Below are positions 61,448-64,000 of a stretch of 64,000 bases of DNA, in pieces. The notes below the pieces were generated by a model. The model did no database searches and was not told the DNA's origin. It worked only from the letters and a program-made list of their open reading frames with translations. Within the stretch, counting starts at the first letter, position 1. Each line of letters begins with the position of its first letter. The stretch covers positions 1,488,001 to 1,552,000 of the forward strand of contig CM022674.1 in NCBI GenBank assembly GCA_012295275.1, written 5' to 3'. Position numbers and translations under genes: made by a program. The DNA is from Chrysomallon squamiferum. Lineage: Eukaryota; Animalia; Mollusca.

Positions 61448-64000
61448 CGTATCCTAATAATAATTCTTGAGAAATGCACAAATAAATGCAATAGTGCTTA
61501 ATTTCTTTTCACATCATTAAGTTCAAATTTTTATTAATAAGATTAATTTATTGGGCATTCAGTAATGGCTATGTGCATTCTTCTAAAATCTCATCTCATG
61601 AATATACACAGATTTACTTTATTTATGTTCTTTGTAAATCTCAAAACATTACAGCATTCTGCATTATAATGCCAAATTAAATAACAGTATATATAAAAAA
61701 AATAATGATATACAAATATTGTGAATATAGCTGCATTATATAACTAAAGATGTGTGTTATGTACAATTATGCATATTTATACAAAATTCCGTTATGAAGG
61801 CCTACTTAATTTTTCGGTTCTTAATTTTGCTGCTAAATGAGCAAAAAAAAAAAAATAAAAAAAATTAAGTTTAAACGTACCTATGAAGAAAAATATTTGG
61901 TCAGTTTGAAATTTACAGTAGTTTCAATGTTAAGGAAGTAAAACGTTTTAATCAATTTTTGTTCATGTTGTTTTATATCAGTGTACTAAACACAATTAAC
62001 AAGCCACAATGGTTATAAACAGCTGCATGTAAAATATACACAGAAACATAGTCATTCTGAATAGAAATCACTCATATAAAAACAAAACAATGAACACATA
62101 AAAACCCCAAACAAAAACAACAAACAATGAAAACATAAAAACCAAAAAAAAAAAAAAAACCCAACAAAAACATAAAAACCATAAAAAATAAAAAAATAAA
62201 AAAATAAAAAAAGGAAAAAAATTAATAATAATTAAATAAAAATAACAAAATAAAGAACATAAATTAAAAACCAAACCAAACGAATGACAATAACAGTGAA
62301 AAGCATATAACAGAAAGACACAGGATTAAATATAGCAGAAGATATAATGGAAAGACAGAAGAATAAATAAAAAACAGAGTTAACAACAAAAGGAAAGAGA
62401 GGAAACCAAAAGGGAAGGCATAAAAAAAAACCCAGTAAATAAACGTGGTACTACTTATCACCCAACAAAAGAAAAGAGAAACTAGACTGTTCAAAAGATA
62501 ACAAATATGGCACCTGGAAGGTAATAAAAGAATGAAAAAGCAACAACAACAACAACAACAAAATAAGAATGATAACAAAAGACTAAAAACAGCACTAAAA
62601 TGACTAATTAAAGCTGAATTGACAATGTAAAAGATGTATAAAGGTACAAAATGAACATACGGGCAAAAAGAAAAAAAACGATGGATGCAGTGAACTAACC
62701 AACAAACAATCGTATGAAATGCTGGGTTTTTAAAATGCATCTTACTACAAAGGCAAGAGATGGACCACTGAGCACAAAAACAAAATATAAACAGGAGAAT
62801 TAACAACAAAACACTAGTTGCTTGTTTTCAACGACATCACCTGTTTCTGCGGAGCATCCCAGAATGCAACATCCGCGGCCATTTTCTTTCCATAGCTCTT
62901 GATAGTTAACATAATTAACTACAGACACGAGTTCCAAGATGTGAAATTCCTTTCAAGCAAGGACCCAGCTCACACTAATACTTAGTTAACAAATATGTGC
63001 GTGTGATACAGACTGTCAGCAACTGAATTCGAAACTGTTAACAGTTTTTACGCATCAAAAATGTCCAAGTTGTAAACTTCCATTTTACCACAGACACAGA
63101 ACACATTAATACTTTAACAATTAATAAAACTGTGTCTATTAGTGTCTGTAATTAAGCAAATATAAAAAAAAAAAAATCTATAATTTTGTTGAATATAATG
63201 TAACATTTATGCTTGGCTTATGTCAAAAGAAAAGCTTCAGGTTTACGCCCACAATATGAAAAATAATCAGAGGCATGATGTCACCAAGCAATTGTAAATG
63301 ATTATTATAACATGGGGGGGGGAAAAATAAATAATAAAACCAGAAAAAAAGGAGAAACAATGAAGTAAACAGAAAAATAAACAAATAAATAAATAAATTG
63401 GCAAATGAATAAATAATAACTGAAAGATAAACAAAACAAAATACAATTAATAAAGAAAAATAAATGAAAGAAACCGGTATACAAATATGAAAAAGTTAAA
63501 TCAGGCTGGAACAAGAACTTTCTTGAACACTAAGAGTAAGAAAAAAACAAATTAAATCTAAAACTAAACACACTGCTTGGAAAACATTTAAAAATTTTTT
63601 TGCTAACTTATATTTGCAATTATAAATGTAGCATGCACTGATAATTTTTTACAACAGTTTTTTTTATGTTTCTATTCTAAACTGCACCGGTAAAAGATTA
63701 AAACCATTTTTACAAACACCATCTAACTACCAACCGGTATATCTGTAAGCTGGACAGATTTAAAATGGAATTCAGTACAAGTTTGAGAAAAAAATAAAAT
63801 AAAGAAAACCCAGTAAAACTAAACAAAATTATCAATTTTAAAATGATCAGATTCTGACTTTTAATTTTAAAAAGATAAATAAAATTTAAAAAATATAAAT
63901 AAATAAAATAAATAAAATAAATAAAATAAATAATAACTTCTTCATTCTACTCTGACTCTGCAACAGCTAAGAAATATTAATTTTAAAAATATATTCCCCA

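Overview
AT-rich, microsatellite-rich eukaryotic (invertebrate, probably molluscan; taxon is inference) genomic DNA. It is dominated by one plus-strand gene, an orthologue of SPEN/split ends/SHARP (Msx2-interacting protein). I traced 18 coding exons from 4102 to the stop at 47673-47675. All introns are GT-AG and all splice phases are compatible. They total 15,115 nt, about 5,037 codons, and the first exon (start of RRM1) lies upstream of the window. The protein has RRM1, a Ser/Arg linker, RRM2-4, a huge low-complexity middle encoded mostly by one 10,193-nt exon, a Q/P/H-rich region and a C-terminal SPOC domain. Non-coding highlights: two sense-strand TGGAT-rich degenerate repeat clusters (start of the 16.3-kb intron after the RRM1 exon, and the proximal 3' UTR); minisatellites that begin at the 5' splice sites of two RRM2 exons; RFX X-box motifs; a Runx+Sox/TCF composite cluster; decayed SINE copies; tandem poly(A) sites; and weak hints of a convergent minus-strand gene at the right end. 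No prokaryotic-type system, CRISPR array or intact transposase is present. Most short ORFs in the track are microsatellite or antisense artefacts.
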